A program made the position numbers and the translations under genes. From assembly GCA_963745025.1 (NCBI GenBank), contig CAVUWD010000006.1:352001-416000 (forward strand): a stretch of 64,000 nt of DNA. The letters are read 5' to 3'. The stretch's first letter is position 1. Each line of letters starts with the position of its first letter. The notes under the pieces were generated by a model. That model saw only the letters and a program-made list of their open reading frames with translations, ran no database searches and was not told the origin of the DNA. This stretch comes from an uncultured delta proteobacterium (GTDB lineage: Bacteria; Desulfobacterota; Binatia; JACPRU01). Below, piece by piece: positions 14,095 through 25,246 of this stretch.

Positions 14095-14574
14095 TCACTC
14101 GCGCCCGAGCCGATCGAGAAGCTGGACCGTACTCTCGGCAGTGAGATTCTCGTGGTAGTCTTCGTTCACCTGCATCATCGGTGCGGTGCCGCAGGACGCG
14201 AGGCACTCGACTTCGTCGAGCGAGAACCGCCCGTCGGTCGTGCTCTCGCCGGGGCCGATCCCGAGCCGTCTCTCGATGGCGCGAACGATCTCGTCGGAGC
14301 CGCGCAGCATGCACGAAAGGTTCGTGCACACCTGGAGGTGATACTTCCCGATCGGTTTCTTGTAGTACATCGTGTAGAAGGATGCGACACCGCTGACCCA
14401 AGCGAGCGGAAGCTCCATCAAGTCGGCGACGTACCGCTGGACCTCCGGCGACAGGTAACCGAACTCCCGCTGCGCGATCCACAAGACGGGCATGATGGCC
14501 GCCCGCTTGACCGGGTATTGGGTGAGAACGCGCTGGTACTCCTCGAGCGCCTGGTTTGAGAATTGAACGGCCAT
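14095..14574 (-). CDS. nuoE: NADH-quinone oxidoreductase subunit E (2Fe-2S)
   Basis: VASFYTMY, CTNLSC...CLASCGTAP; start MAVQFS at 14574. Confidence 0.92.
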   Translation of the reverse strand: MAVQFSNQALEEYQRVLTQYPVKRAAIMPVLWIAQREFGYLSPEVQRYVADLMELPLAWVSGVASFYTMYYKKPIGKYHLQVCTNLSCMLRGSDEIVRAIERRLGIGPGESTTDGRFSLDEVECLASCGTAPMMQVNEDYHENLTAESTVQLLDRLGRE

Positions 14575-14619
14575 CGTGTGCTCGGCTATCGGTCTTCGGT
14601 CTTCGTTCTTCGGCGCCAC

Positions 14620-14708
14620 GGTGAAACGAGCGCAGACAATTTTTTCGCCTCCACACCGGTCGGATTCATCGGCGGCCATCCGGAGAAGTTGTCTGACCCC
14701 GTTTCACC
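14620..14708. repeat. Imperfect long inverted repeat (REP/MITE-like) between nuoD and nuoE
   Basis: Left arm GGTGAAACGAGCGCAGACAATTTTTTCG; the reverse complement of the right arm is GGTGAAACGGGGTCAGACAACTTCTCCG. Confidence 0.6.
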
Positions 14709-14713
14709 CTTCC

Positions 14714-15928
14714 TCAGCGGTCGCACTCGCCGCCGATCATGTTGATCATGCCGAAGGTGGTGATGATGTCCGCGATCATGTGGCCCTTGAGCATCGTCGC
14801 CGAGCGCGGCCATCCCGAAGAAGCACGGCGGCCGGACGCGGACGCGATAGGGCCGCCCGCTGCCGTCGCTCACCAGATAGAAGCCGAGCTCGCCGTTGGC
14901 GCCCTCGACCGCCAGATAGATCTCGCCGGCGGGCAGCTTGATGCCCTCGATGACGATCTTGAAGTGATTCATGAGACCTTCGATGGAATTGTAGACGTCG
15001 CGTTTCGGCGGGAGCGCGAATCGGGAATCGCTGACGATCACCGGACCGGCGGACATCTTCGCCAGACACCTGCTCGACGATGCGCATGCGACTGCTCGAT
15101 CTCGCGGAAGCGGACGAGGAAGCGATCGTAGTTGTCGCCACGGCTGCCGAGCGGCACCTCGAAGTCGAGCGATCGTAGACGAGATACGGGCACTGCCTTG
15201 CGGACGTCGTAGTTGACGCCCGTGGCGCGCAGCAGCGGGCCGGTCAGCGAGTAAGCAATCGCGTCCTCTTGCGACAGCCTGCCGACTCCGGACATGCGGT
15301 CGACGAAGATGCGGTTGCGGGTCAAGAGCTTGTCGCAGTCGGCGAGCACGGCGCGGATCTTGGCGAAACGGTCGGCGAGCACCTCGCCGAATTGCGCGGG
15401 CAGATCGTTGGTGACACCACCGATCCGGCAGTAGCTCACCGTCAGGCGTGCGCCGGTGATCGTCTCGACGAGATCGTAGAGGAACTCGCGCGCCTCGTTG
15501 CGTGTAGAAGCCCGACCGTGATCGCGCCGAGCTCGACGCCCGCCATGCCGAGACAGGTGAGGTGATCGGTGATGCGCGAGATCTCCGACGGTCAGCACGC
15601 GGATGTACTGAGCGCGCTCCGGCGCCTGAATGCCCGCCAGCTTCTCCACCGCCAGCGCGAAGCCGACGTTGTTGATGAGCGGCGAGGCGTAGTTCAGCCG
15701 GTCCGTGTAGGGGAACACCTGCGTCCAGGTCCCCTGCTCGCACATCTTCTCGAAGCCGCGATGCAGGTAGCCGATCTCGACGTCGCAATCGACGATGGTC
15801 TCGCCGTCGAGCTTGAGGTTGAACTTGATCGTCCCGTGCGAAGCCGGATGGGACGGCCCCATCTGCAGCTCCATGATCTCGTGCGAGCGATCGGGGGCGC
15901 CCTCGGCGCGCTCGGCGGGCAGCGTCAT
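14714..15928 (-). CDS. nuoD: NADH-quinone oxidoreductase subunit D (frameshifted)
   Basis: MGPSHPASHG, IGYLHRGFEK, TDRLNY, EGANGELGFY, C-terminal MIGGECDR stop at 14714. Confidence 0.92.
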
Positions 15929-16446
15929 CGCGCGGCTCCGAGTCGGCGGGGCGGCCAGGGATTCTCGATCGGGTCTCGTTCCGGGATGATCGGCTGGCGA
16001 CGATTGTGCGGGTAGTCCTTGCGCAGCGGATGCCCCTCGAACTCCGGATACATGAGGATGCGGCGCAGATCGGGATGACCGTCGAAGCGGATGCCGAACA
16101 TGTCGAACACCTCGCGCTCGAGCCAGTTCGCGCTCTTCCAGAGCGAGCTGAGCGACGGAGCCCGGCAGTCCTTCTCGTCTACGGGCACCTTGACGCGGAG
16201 GCGGTGGCACTTCGGGAGCGAGAACAGATGGCCGACGACCTCGAAGCGCGGGGTCTTGCCGAGGTAGTCGACTGCCGTGAGATCGATCAGGAAGTCGAAC
16301 GCCATCTCCGGGTCGTCGCGCAGGAATCGGTACACTTCGAGCGCATGGTCGCGGGCGACGACGACGGTCTCGTCACCCAGCCGGTCGTGGGCGTCGACGA
16401 TCTTGTCGGCAAAGCGCTCACGGATCGTGTCGACGAGCTTGCCCAT
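15925..16446 (-). CDS. nuoC: NADH-quinone oxidoreductase subunit C
   Basis: ANWLEREVFDMFGIRFDGHPDLRRIL...GHPLRKDYP. Confidence 0.95.
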   Translation of the reverse strand: MGKLVDTIRERFADKIVDAHDRLGDETVVVARDHALEVYRFLRDDPEMAFDFLIDLTAVDYLGKTPRFEVVGHLFSLPKCHRLRVKVPVDEKDCRAPSLSSLWKSANWLEREVFDMFGIRFDGHPDLRRILMYPEFEGHPLRKDYPHNRRQPIIPERDPIENPWPPRRLGAAR

Positions 16447-16449
16447 TCC

Positions 16450-16803
16450 TCAATCCCACTCGAGAGCGCCTTTGCGCCAGGCATAGAGAAGGCCGATGCC
16501 GAGCACCAAAAGAAACGTCAGCATCTCGACGAAGCCGAACATGCCGAGGTCACGGAAGAGAATCGCCCAGGGATAGAGAAACACGACCTCGACGTCGAAG
16601 AGAATGAACAGGATCGCCGTCATGTAGAAGCGAACGCTGAAGCGCCCGAAGGCCGGACCGGTCGGCGGATTGCCGCACTCGAAGGGGTCGTGCTTGACCG
16701 GGTTCGTCGCTTTCGGGCCGAGGAGAGTGTTGAGCGAAACCATCGCCCCGACGATGATCGCGGACAAGAGGCAGAGGATCACGATCGAAACGTAGGGGCT
16801 CAT
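16450..16803 (-). CDS. nuoA: NADH-quinone oxidoreductase subunit A
   Basis: PFECGNPP...FYMTAILFILFDVEVVFLYPWA...WRKGALEWD. Confidence 0.95.
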   Translation of the reverse strand: MSPYVSIVILCLLSAIIVGAMVSLNTLLGPKATNPVKHDPFECGNPPTGPAFGRFSVRFYMTAILFILFDVEVVFLYPWAILFRDLGMFGFVEMLTFLLVLGIGLLYAWRKGALEWD

Positions 16804-16817
16804 GAGTAAACGCGCCG

Positions 16818-16845
16818 CTTATTGCACAAAGAAGGAGCATGTCAA
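16818..16845 (-). promoter_or_regulatory. Putative sigma70-type promoter of the nuo operon
   Basis: Minus strand TTGACA-16nt-AATAAG with TG upstream of the -10, just before the nuoA ATG. Confidence 0.35.
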
Positions 16846-17011
16846 ACGACCTCTGAGAACGGCAAAGTGGGCAAAGCGGGAACGTTGCTTCGCTCAGTCT
16901 CACTCGCGAAAAAGGCGACTTGCACGTGCAAGATCCGAACGGAGGATCGAGACCAAGCGGAGCAAGGCCCCTGCTTTGCGCGGCGTCGCGCGCTCTGGTA
17001 ACCGCGTAGCG

Positions 17012-18070
17012 GTGAGCGCGGAGAGCTTTCACGCCGACGCGGACCGTCTCGCCAAGAGTGCGTGGGGAAACCGCGCGGCGGCTCTCGAAATTCGACCGCT
17101 GGCAGGCGATGCCTCTTCCCGTCGCTACTTCCGCGTCCGGCTCGCCGGCACAGCCTCGCCGACTGCGGTGCTCATGGTGCAGGCGGGCTCGGGGCTCTCG
17201 ATCTCTTCCGATGAGCTTTCGTCGCTGGGCCAGATGCCGGACGAGATGCCCTTCCTCAACGTCCAACGCTATCTGCGAGGCGGCGGCGTCGCCGTACCGG
17301 AGGTGTATGCCGCGGATTCGCCGCGCGGCCTGGCTCTTCTCGAAGACATTGGCGACACGACGCTTTGGGACGCGGCGTGCTCCACGCAAGAGCCCGCCGC
17401 TCTCTACCGCGCCGCCATCGACGAGCTCGTCGCGCTCCAGCGCGCCGGCGCGGAGCGGCCCGATCCCGACTGCATCGCGTTCCGCCAACGCTTCGACGCG
17501 CGGCTGTTTCTCTGGGAGTTCGATCATTTCCTCGAGTACGGCTTGACCCGTCGAAGTGCCTCTTCCGAGGATCGGGAGATGCTGCGGCGCCGCTTCGAGG
17601 AGATCGCCGAGGAGCTGGCGGCGGGCTCTCTGGCGCTCACGCATCGCGACTACCACAGCTGGAATCTCTTCGTTCGCGACCAGCGGATCCGCGTCATCGA
17701 CTTCCAGGACGCGCTGCTCGCGCCGGTTCCGTACGATCTCGCCACGCTGCTCAACGACCGCGCCACACCGACCCTCGTCGATCCCGCCCTCGAGCGAGCG
17801 CTCGTCGGCTACTTCTGCGCGAAGCGAAGCGAGACCTTCGGCGACGCGCTCGGCGTCAACTTGTTCCTGCCGCGCTACTTTCTCTTCGTCCTGCAGAAGT
17901 CCTTCAAGATCGTCGGTCGCTTTCACTACCTGGAAGAAGTGAAGGGAAAGCACGGCTACGTGGCGATGCTCCCGCACACCTACGCCACGCTTCGCCGCTG
18001 CTTCGACAACCTCCCCGCGCTCGGCGACATTCGCACCGTCCTCGCGCGGAGCTTTGCGGAGCTCCGTTAG
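17012..18070 (+). CDS. Aminoglycoside-phosphotransferase-fold kinase, AmgK-like (anomeric MurNAc/GlcNAc kinase)
   Basis: LAGDASSRRYFR, HRDYHSWNL, IDFQDA motifs; directly upstream of a MurU-like nucleotidyltransferase. Confidence 0.8.
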   Translation: MSAESFHADADRLAKSAWGNRAAALEIRPLAGDASSRRYFRVRLAGTASPTAVLMVQAGSGLSISSDELSSLGQMPDEMPFLNVQRYLRGGGVAVPEVYAADSPRGLALLEDIGDTTLWDAACSTQEPAALYRAAIDELVALQRAGAERPDPDCIAFRQRFDARLFLWEFDHFLEYGLTRRSASSEDREMLRRRFEEIAEELAAGSLALTHRDYHSWNLFVRDQRIRVIDFQDALLAPVPYDLATLLNDRATPTLVDPALERALVGYFCAKRSETFGDALGVNLFLPRYFLFVLQKSFKIVGRFHYLEEVKGKHGYVAMLPHTYATLRRCFDNLPALGDIRTVLARSFAELR

Positions 18071-18075
18071 GCACC

Positions 18076-18828
18076 ATGCGGTTTCCGCGCAAGGCGATGG
18101 TGCTCGCCGCCGGTCTCGGCACACGGCTCGCCCCGCTCACCGACTTGGTGCCCAAGGCTCTCCTCGAGATCGGCGGACGGCCGATGATCGAGTATCCCCT
18201 CCGCATGCTCGCCGCGGCCGGCGTCGAAGAGGCGATCGTCAATCTCCATCACCTCGGCGACTGCATCCGCGCAGCCCTCGGCGACGGCGCGCGCTATGGC
18301 CTCCGCATCCACTACTCGCCGGAAGATCCGATCCTCGATACCGGCGGAGCGATTGCGCGCGCTCGACCGCTGCTCGGCGACGAGCCATTTGCGATCGCCA
18401 ACTGCGACGCGCTGCTCGATCCGGATCTCGAAGCGCTGTGGCGCCTTCACGAGGTGCGCGGAGCGCTGGCGACGCTCGTCGTACGCGCCGACCCGCATGC
18501 GGAGCGTTACGGAGCGCTCGATCTCGACTCGACGGGACTCGTGCGGCGCTTCCTCGGCAAACCCCAGAGCGTCGACGCTCCCCTCGAGCGGCGGATGTTT
18601 TGCGGTGTCCACGTGCTGTCGCCCGAGGTCTTCGCGCACCTGCCCGCGGTCCGCGTATTCAGCATCACTCGTGATGTCTACGCCCCGCTCGTGATCTGCG
18701 GGGCTCCGCTCTATGGTTTCGACTATCGAGGCTACTGGCGCGACCTCGGTACACCCGACAGCTTGTCGGCCGCCCGGAGCGACTTTGCCGCGCACGTCTT
18801 CGATCCTGAGTATCTAAGGTCGTATTGA
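18076..18828 (+). CDS. Nucleotidyltransferase, MurU-like
   Basis: AMVLAAGLGTRLAPLTDLVPKAL, LDTGGAI, WRDLGT; the amgK-murU pairing is a known peptidoglycan-recycling arrangement. Confidence 0.8.
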   Translation: MRFPRKAMVLAAGLGTRLAPLTDLVPKALLEIGGRPMIEYPLRMLAAAGVEEAIVNLHHLGDCIRAALGDGARYGLRIHYSPEDPILDTGGAIARARPLLGDEPFAIANCDALLDPDLEALWRLHEVRGALATLVVRADPHAERYGALDLDSTGLVRRFLGKPQSVDAPLERRMFCGVHVLSPEVFAHLPAVRVFSITRDVYAPLVICGAPLYGFDYRGYWRDLGTPDSLSAARSDFAAHVFDPEYLRSY

Positions 18829-18927
18829 CACGTCACGTCAGCAAGTGATCTCCTCGAAACCGTGAACCACGCAATCAGACACGCCCGTACCGGACGTGTT
18901 GGAGGATTCATCGGCTGAGGCCCGACG

Positions 18928-20277
18928 GTGGGGATCACCATCATCCAGAAGAGCGACCTTTCGGTTCGCAAGCCGAACGCGAAGGTTGCGCTGGTGCTGG
19001 CCGGCGGTGCGGTCACGGGCGGCGCCTTCAAAGTCGGCGGCCTGAAAGCCCTGGACGACCTGCTCGTCAACCGCAAGACCACTGATTTCAACGTCTACGT
19101 CGGTCTCTCGGCCGGCGCGTTTTTAGCGGCGCCGCTCGCGGCCGGCATCTCGCCCGCGGAGATGATCCGCAGCCTAGAGGGCGCATCCAGCAAGTTCTCG
19201 ATGTTCCGCGCGGGGGATTTCTACAATCCGAATCTTCGTGAATTCATCGGCAAGCCGATCCGCTATTTCGTCGACCTGGCGATGTTCCTGCCCGGTGCGA
19301 TCCTGGACTTCATCGCCGCGACGCCGAAGCTCGCCGAGGAGCTGCGTAGCCCGCTGTCCGACTACACCCGCCGACCGACGGTCCTGAACCTCCGAAAGCT
19401 CTTCACGCCGATCGCGCGCGCGATGCTCGCCACGCGCGAGTTTCCCTTCCCGCTCGACTATTTTCCCTCCGGCATGTTCGACAACTCGATCCTCGAGACC
19501 TATCTCCGCGAGAACATCGAGCGAAACGAGATGTCGAACGACTTCAAGGTACTCTACCGCATGCGCCGCAAGGAGCTCTTCATCGTCGCGATGAACCTCG
19601 ACACGGCGGAGCGGGTCGTCTTCGGGCATAACGAGAACAGCTCGGTGACCATCTCGGAGTCGGTGCAGGCCTCTACGGCGCTTCCGGGATTCTACAAACC
19701 GGCGCGCATCCAGGGCGTGGACTACGTCGACGGCGGAGTGCGCCGTACCGCCAACATCGACGTGGCAATCGAGCACGGCGCGCAGCTCATCCTCTGTTAC
19801 AACCCCTTTCGACCGATCTACAACCGGGTGAACCCGCGTCCCAGCAAAGACGGGGAGTACGTCTTCGACGGAGTACCGCTGGCCTCGCGCGGCTTGTTCG
19901 CGGTGCTCAATCAGGTTTTCCGTACGCTGCTTCACTCGCGACTGCAGTACGGGCTACGCGAGTTCCAGGAGGATTCGAGCTTTCGCGGCGACATCATCGT
20001 CGTCGAGCCCCAGGAGAGCGACCTCTCCTTCTTCCGCATGAACCCTCTCGCCTTCTGGGAGCGCAACGTAGCGGCCGAGCATGGCTACGTGTCGGTGACG
20101 CAGTCGATCGAGCGCCAGTTCGAGCGCGTGCGCCAGATCCTCGAGAGTTACGGCATCCAGCTGACGCGCCGCGAGACCCGCGAACGACTTGAACAGATCA
20201 AGGCTTCTAAAGTAGACCAGTCGCGTTCGAGCGTTCTGTTCGAGGACGTGCCGAGGAAAAGCCTCACAGTGGCCTGA
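18928..20277 (+). CDS. Patatin-like phospholipase
   Basis: LAGGAVTGG oxyanion motif, GLSAG nucleophile, VDGG motif. Confidence 0.85.
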   Translation: MGITIIQKSDLSVRKPNAKVALVLAGGAVTGGAFKVGGLKALDDLLVNRKTTDFNVYVGLSAGAFLAAPLAAGISPAEMIRSLEGASSKFSMFRAGDFYNPNLREFIGKPIRYFVDLAMFLPGAILDFIAATPKLAEELRSPLSDYTRRPTVLNLRKLFTPIARAMLATREFPFPLDYFPSGMFDNSILETYLRENIERNEMSNDFKVLYRMRRKELFIVAMNLDTAERVVFGHNENSSVTISESVQASTALPGFYKPARIQGVDYVDGGVRRTANIDVAIEHGAQLILCYNPFRPIYNRVNPRPSKDGEYVFDGVPLASRGLFAVLNQVFRTLLHSRLQYGLREFQEDSSFRGDIIVVEPQESDLSFFRMNPLAFWERNVAAEHGYVSVTQSIERQFERVRQILESYGIQLTRRETRERLEQIKASKVDQSRSSVLFEDVPRKSLTVA

Positions 20278-20582
20278 TTCTGATTTTCGGCGCGGCGAGT
20301 ACGCGCCGATTCGACGTGGGGTTGGACGGGGTCGTGGCTTTGGGGGCGGGGATAGTGGGGCGGGATGGAAGAGAGAGGGCGGAACTCCCGGGGTTCCGCC
20401 CTCTGCATTTTCGAGCTCCGCGTCTCGGACGCGTTCAACGATCGTTGCAACGCCCACCGCATGCCGATCGGCCGTCATGCGTCCCGTCGAACGGTCGCGC
20501 CGCTCGATGCTGCAGCGTGCCGAGCCGGCGGCTCGGGCGGATTGTTCGAGCCGAACGCGCGTGTTAGCGTTTCCCGCTCGCT

Positions 20583-21320
20583 ATGACGGATGCCCTGCGA
20601 AAGACGGCGATTGACCCATCCGGCATCGACCTCCACGAATTGAATGCCCGGCTCGAGGGTCGCCCCCCCGCGGACATCCTGCACTGGGCAATCGAGACCT
20701 TCACGCCGGACGTCATCCTTACCTGCTCCTTTCAGCACGACGGCGTCGTGCTCGCACACATGTTGACGGCGCTCGCCCCCTGGGTGCCGATCGTGTTCCT
20801 GAACACGGGGTTTCATTTTCACGAGACGCTCGCCTATCGCGACGAGATCGTGGCGCGCTTCGGCCTGAAGCTCCGCGAGATATCCCCCTCGATGCCGCGC
20901 GGCCAGTTCGCACACGAGCACGGCCTCGACCTCTACCGCCGCAACCCCGATCTCTGCTGCCAGATCAACAAGGTCGAGCCGCTGAAGGCGGCCCTCGAAG
21001 GCGTGCGTTGCTGGATCAACGGCCGGCGGCGCGACCAATCCGCCACGAGAGGCGCGATCTCCGTGGTGGAGCGCTACGAAGGCGAAATCCACAAGGTCAA
21101 CCCGATGGTCGCGTGGACGCGCGCCGATACCTATCGGTACATGCAGAAGCACTCGATCCCGGAGCATCCGCTCTTCGAGAAGGGATACGCCTCGATCGGC
21201 TGCGCGCCGTGCACGCGGCCAATACTGGCCAGCGAGGACGAGCGGGCCGGCCGCTGGGCGGGCACGAGCAAGACCGAGTGCGGCATCCACACCTTCCTCA
21301 AACCGGCCGGCGAAAAGTAA
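20583..21320 (+). CDS. cysH: Phosphoadenylyl-sulfate / adenylyl-sulfate reductase
   Basis: FLNTGFHFHET, LCCQINKVEPL, SIGCAPCT, RAGRW...KTECGIH; the CC...CxxC motif suggests the Fe-S (APS reductase) type. Confidence 0.9.
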   Translation: MTDALRKTAIDPSGIDLHELNARLEGRPPADILHWAIETFTPDVILTCSFQHDGVVLAHMLTALAPWVPIVFLNTGFHFHETLAYRDEIVARFGLKLREISPSMPRGQFAHEHGLDLYRRNPDLCCQINKVEPLKAALEGVRCWINGRRRDQSATRGAISVVERYEGEIHKVNPMVAWTRADTYRYMQKHSIPEHPLFEKGYASIGCAPCTRPILASEDERAGRWAGTSKTECGIHTFLKPAGEK

Positions 21321-21358
21321 ACCGCCGCATCGTCGGCGGGGCGCTGTCGCCCCACAAG

Positions 21359-21395
21359 GAAAAGGCCCTCGAGCGATCTGCCCGAGGGCCTTTTC
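21359..21395. terminator. Bidirectional intrinsic terminator
   Basis: GAAAAGGCCCTCG...CGAGGGCCTTTTC stem between the convergent cysH and small basic ORF. Confidence 0.7.
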
Positions 21396-21458
21396 TCCAC
21401 TGCCTGGAAAGAGGGAACTAAGCCTTTTGTTCCAGCCTTATGAAAGCGTAACGAGCGG

Positions 21459-21551
21459 CTACTTCTTCTTCTTGGCCGCCTTCTTCTTTGCAGGAGCCTT
21501 TTTCTTGGCCTTGCTCTTCTTGCCCTTCTTTGCCTTTTTCTTCGCTGCCAT
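21459..21551 (-). CDS. 30-aa Lys/Ala-rich microprotein (histone H1-like)
   Basis: MAAKKKAKKGKKSKAKKKAPAKKKAAKKKK*; SD GAGGAGG 5 nt upstream of ATG; below the ORF track size cutoff. Confidence 0.75.
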   Translation of the reverse strand: MAAKKKAKKGKKSKAKKKAPAKKKAAKKKK

Positions 21552-21629
21552 TTCTACCTCCTCGTAGCTTGGTCCACCCAACACGCCCCTCTCTCACAGG
21601 CAAGCCCCACCACCACTCCACGTGGGGTC

Positions 21630-21720
21630 GATATACCATCGTTCGCTATTTCTTGTCAACCAAGAAATACCATTTTGGAAAACTTTTTTTATTTTATTTA
21701 CCATTCAATCCAAGCGCTTT
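21630..21720 (-). promoter_or_regulatory. Promoter region with perfect -35, palindromic operator and AT-rich upstream tract
   Basis: Minus-strand TTGACA inside the palindrome TATTTCTTG-TCAAC-CAAGAAATA (21647-21669); TGGTATATC downstream; T-rich tract 21672-21700. Confidence 0.5.
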
Positions 21721-21830
21721 CGCCGACCTAGAATGTTGTTCAAGCATTCGGTGCGATCGCCAGTAGCAGAACGTTTTAGGGATCCGAACACACCTCTGCC
21801 GCAAGCGAAATAAAGGCGAAGCACGCGCTT

Positions 21831-23501
<1,671 letters not shown>

Positions 23502-23580
23502 CCAGGGGACGTTTCACTGTTTTCGCCGCTTTGCGAGCCGTCCCTATCGTCAAGACTGCGAAAACGGTGAAACGTCCCCT

Positions 23581-23955
23581 TCACTCATCACCGACCAGCG
23601 CTTCGTACTGTTCTGCGTTCATCAGCGCGTCGAGCTCGTCGGGGTCGGAGAGGTCCACCTCGACGAGCCAACCGTCATGGTGAGGATCGTCGTTGACGAG
23701 CGAGGGGCTGTCCTCGAGGTCGGTGTTGATGGCGATCACGGTACCGCTCACCGGTGCGCAGAGCTCCGCCACGGTCCGGCGCGACTCGAGCTCGCCAAAC
23801 GTCTCACCCCGCTCCACGGCGTCGCCGATCTCGGGCAGCTCCACGGCCTTGATCTCTCCCAGAGTGACTTGTCCGTGCTCCGAGAGGCCGATCCGCGCAT
23901 GGCGCCCGTCGATGCGAATCCAAAGATGATCTCGAGTGAACCGGAGTGCTTCCAC
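23581..23955 (-). CDS. GcvH-like protein lacking the lipoyl lysine
   Basis: FTRDHLW, LGEIKAVELP, APVSGTVIAIN, VNDDPHHDGWL match the H-protein; the lipoylation motif reads ELESRRTV. Confidence 0.85.
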   Translation of the reverse strand: MEALRFTRDHLWIRIDGRHARIGLSEHGQVTLGEIKAVELPEIGDAVERGETFGELESRRTVAELCAPVSGTVIAINTDLEDSPSLVNDDPHHDGWLVEVDLSDPDELDALMNAEQYEALVGDE

Positions 23956-24064
23956 GCTGCGCTTCCGTACCGACGAAGAACCCGCGTGACTGTTTGAAAC
24001 AGCGAGCCGGGGCTGTCAAGGCGAGGCTTTCCTCATCTGCGAGCCTCCGCTACGAGTCTGGCGC

Positions 24065-25246
24065 GTGAACTCCCCGTTGCCTGCCCCGCTGGCGCTCGAC
24101 GAGCGCCTCTATACGCGGCATTTCTGGACCGCCTCCGCCTCTCACTTCTTGCTCGGCATGGGCTTCTGGATGTTCGTGGTGTTTCCGCTCCATCTCGCAA
24201 ACCTCGGAGCGTCAACGCCGCGGATCGGTGTGTTGATCGCCCTCGCGCCGACGGCGGCGGTACTCGTGCGGCCGGCGCTCGGCGGCCTGTTGGTGCGGCG
24301 CGGGCGCCGCTGGATCCTCCGCGGCGGCGGGTTCCTCAACCTGCTCGCGGTTTCGCTCTACGCGGTCTTCGAAGACATTGGCTGGGGCATGACGGCGATC
24401 CGGATCTTGCACGGCATCAGCATCGGCGCCCTGTTCACGACCTTCTTCACCTATGCCGCTGACATCTCCCCCGTGACTCGACGCACCGAAGGGCTCGCGG
24501 TCTTCGGAATCTCCGGCATCCTGCCGACGGCCTTTGCGCCGGCGCTCGGCGAAGAGCTGGTGCTGCGCGCCGGATTCGAGGCGATGTTTCTCGCCGCCGT
24601 GGCGTTCAGCGCCGCCTCGCTCGCTTTCACGTGGGGGCTCGCCGAGCCCGACGACGACCTCGCCGAGGTGCGGCCGCATGGCTTTTGGCGGCTCGCCCGC
24701 GAACGGCGCCATTTCGGCGTCTGGGTGACCGCGTTTTTCTTCTCGTTGGGGATGTCTTCGTACTTCGTATTTCTCGAGCCGTACGCCCGGGCGCTCGGCT
24801 TCGAGCGAGCCGGCCTCTTCTTCTTTTGCTATTCTGCGGCGGCGGTCGTCCTACGCGCGTTCGGCCGAACCCTCCCGGACCGCCTCGGGCCGCGTCGGAT
24901 GCTCATTCCGGCGCTCGCATCGCTCGCGGCGGGGCTGTATCTTGTGGCACGTCTCGACTCGCTCGCGGTTCTCGGCGCCGCGGGACTGCTCTGCGGCATG
25001 GGCCACGGCTATCTCTTCCCGATTCTCTCTGGCATGGCGATCGAAGGAACCGATCGCCGCACGCGCGGCAGCGCGATGAGCTTCTTCACGGCCGTCTTCG
25101 ACCTTGGCCAGATGCTCGGGCCACCGTTCTTCGGGGTCGTCGCAAATGTCGCCGGCTATCCGGCGATGTTCCTCTGCGCGATGGCGGGCGTCGCCGCGAC
25201 GCTGGCCGGCTGGGTCGTGACGAACCTCTCGGAGAAGGGTTCGTGA
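24065..25246 (+). CDS. MFS transporter
   Basis: About 12 hydrophobic segments; GRRWIL and DRLGPRRML loop motifs. Confidence 0.85.
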   Translation: MNSPLPAPLALDERLYTRHFWTASASHFLLGMGFWMFVVFPLHLANLGASTPRIGVLIALAPTAAVLVRPALGGLLVRRGRRWILRGGGFLNLLAVSLYAVFEDIGWGMTAIRILHGISIGALFTTFFTYAADISPVTRRTEGLAVFGISGILPTAFAPALGEELVLRAGFEAMFLAAVAFSAASLAFTWGLAEPDDDLAEVRPHGFWRLARERRHFGVWVTAFFFSLGMSSYFVFLEPYARALGFERAGLFFFCYSAAAVVLRAFGRTLPDRLGPRRMLIPALASLAAGLYLVARLDSLAVLGAAGLLCGMGHGYLFPILSGMAIEGTDRRTRGSAMSFFTAVFDLGQMLGPPFFGVVANVAGYPAMFLCAMAGVAATLAGWVVTNLSEKGS

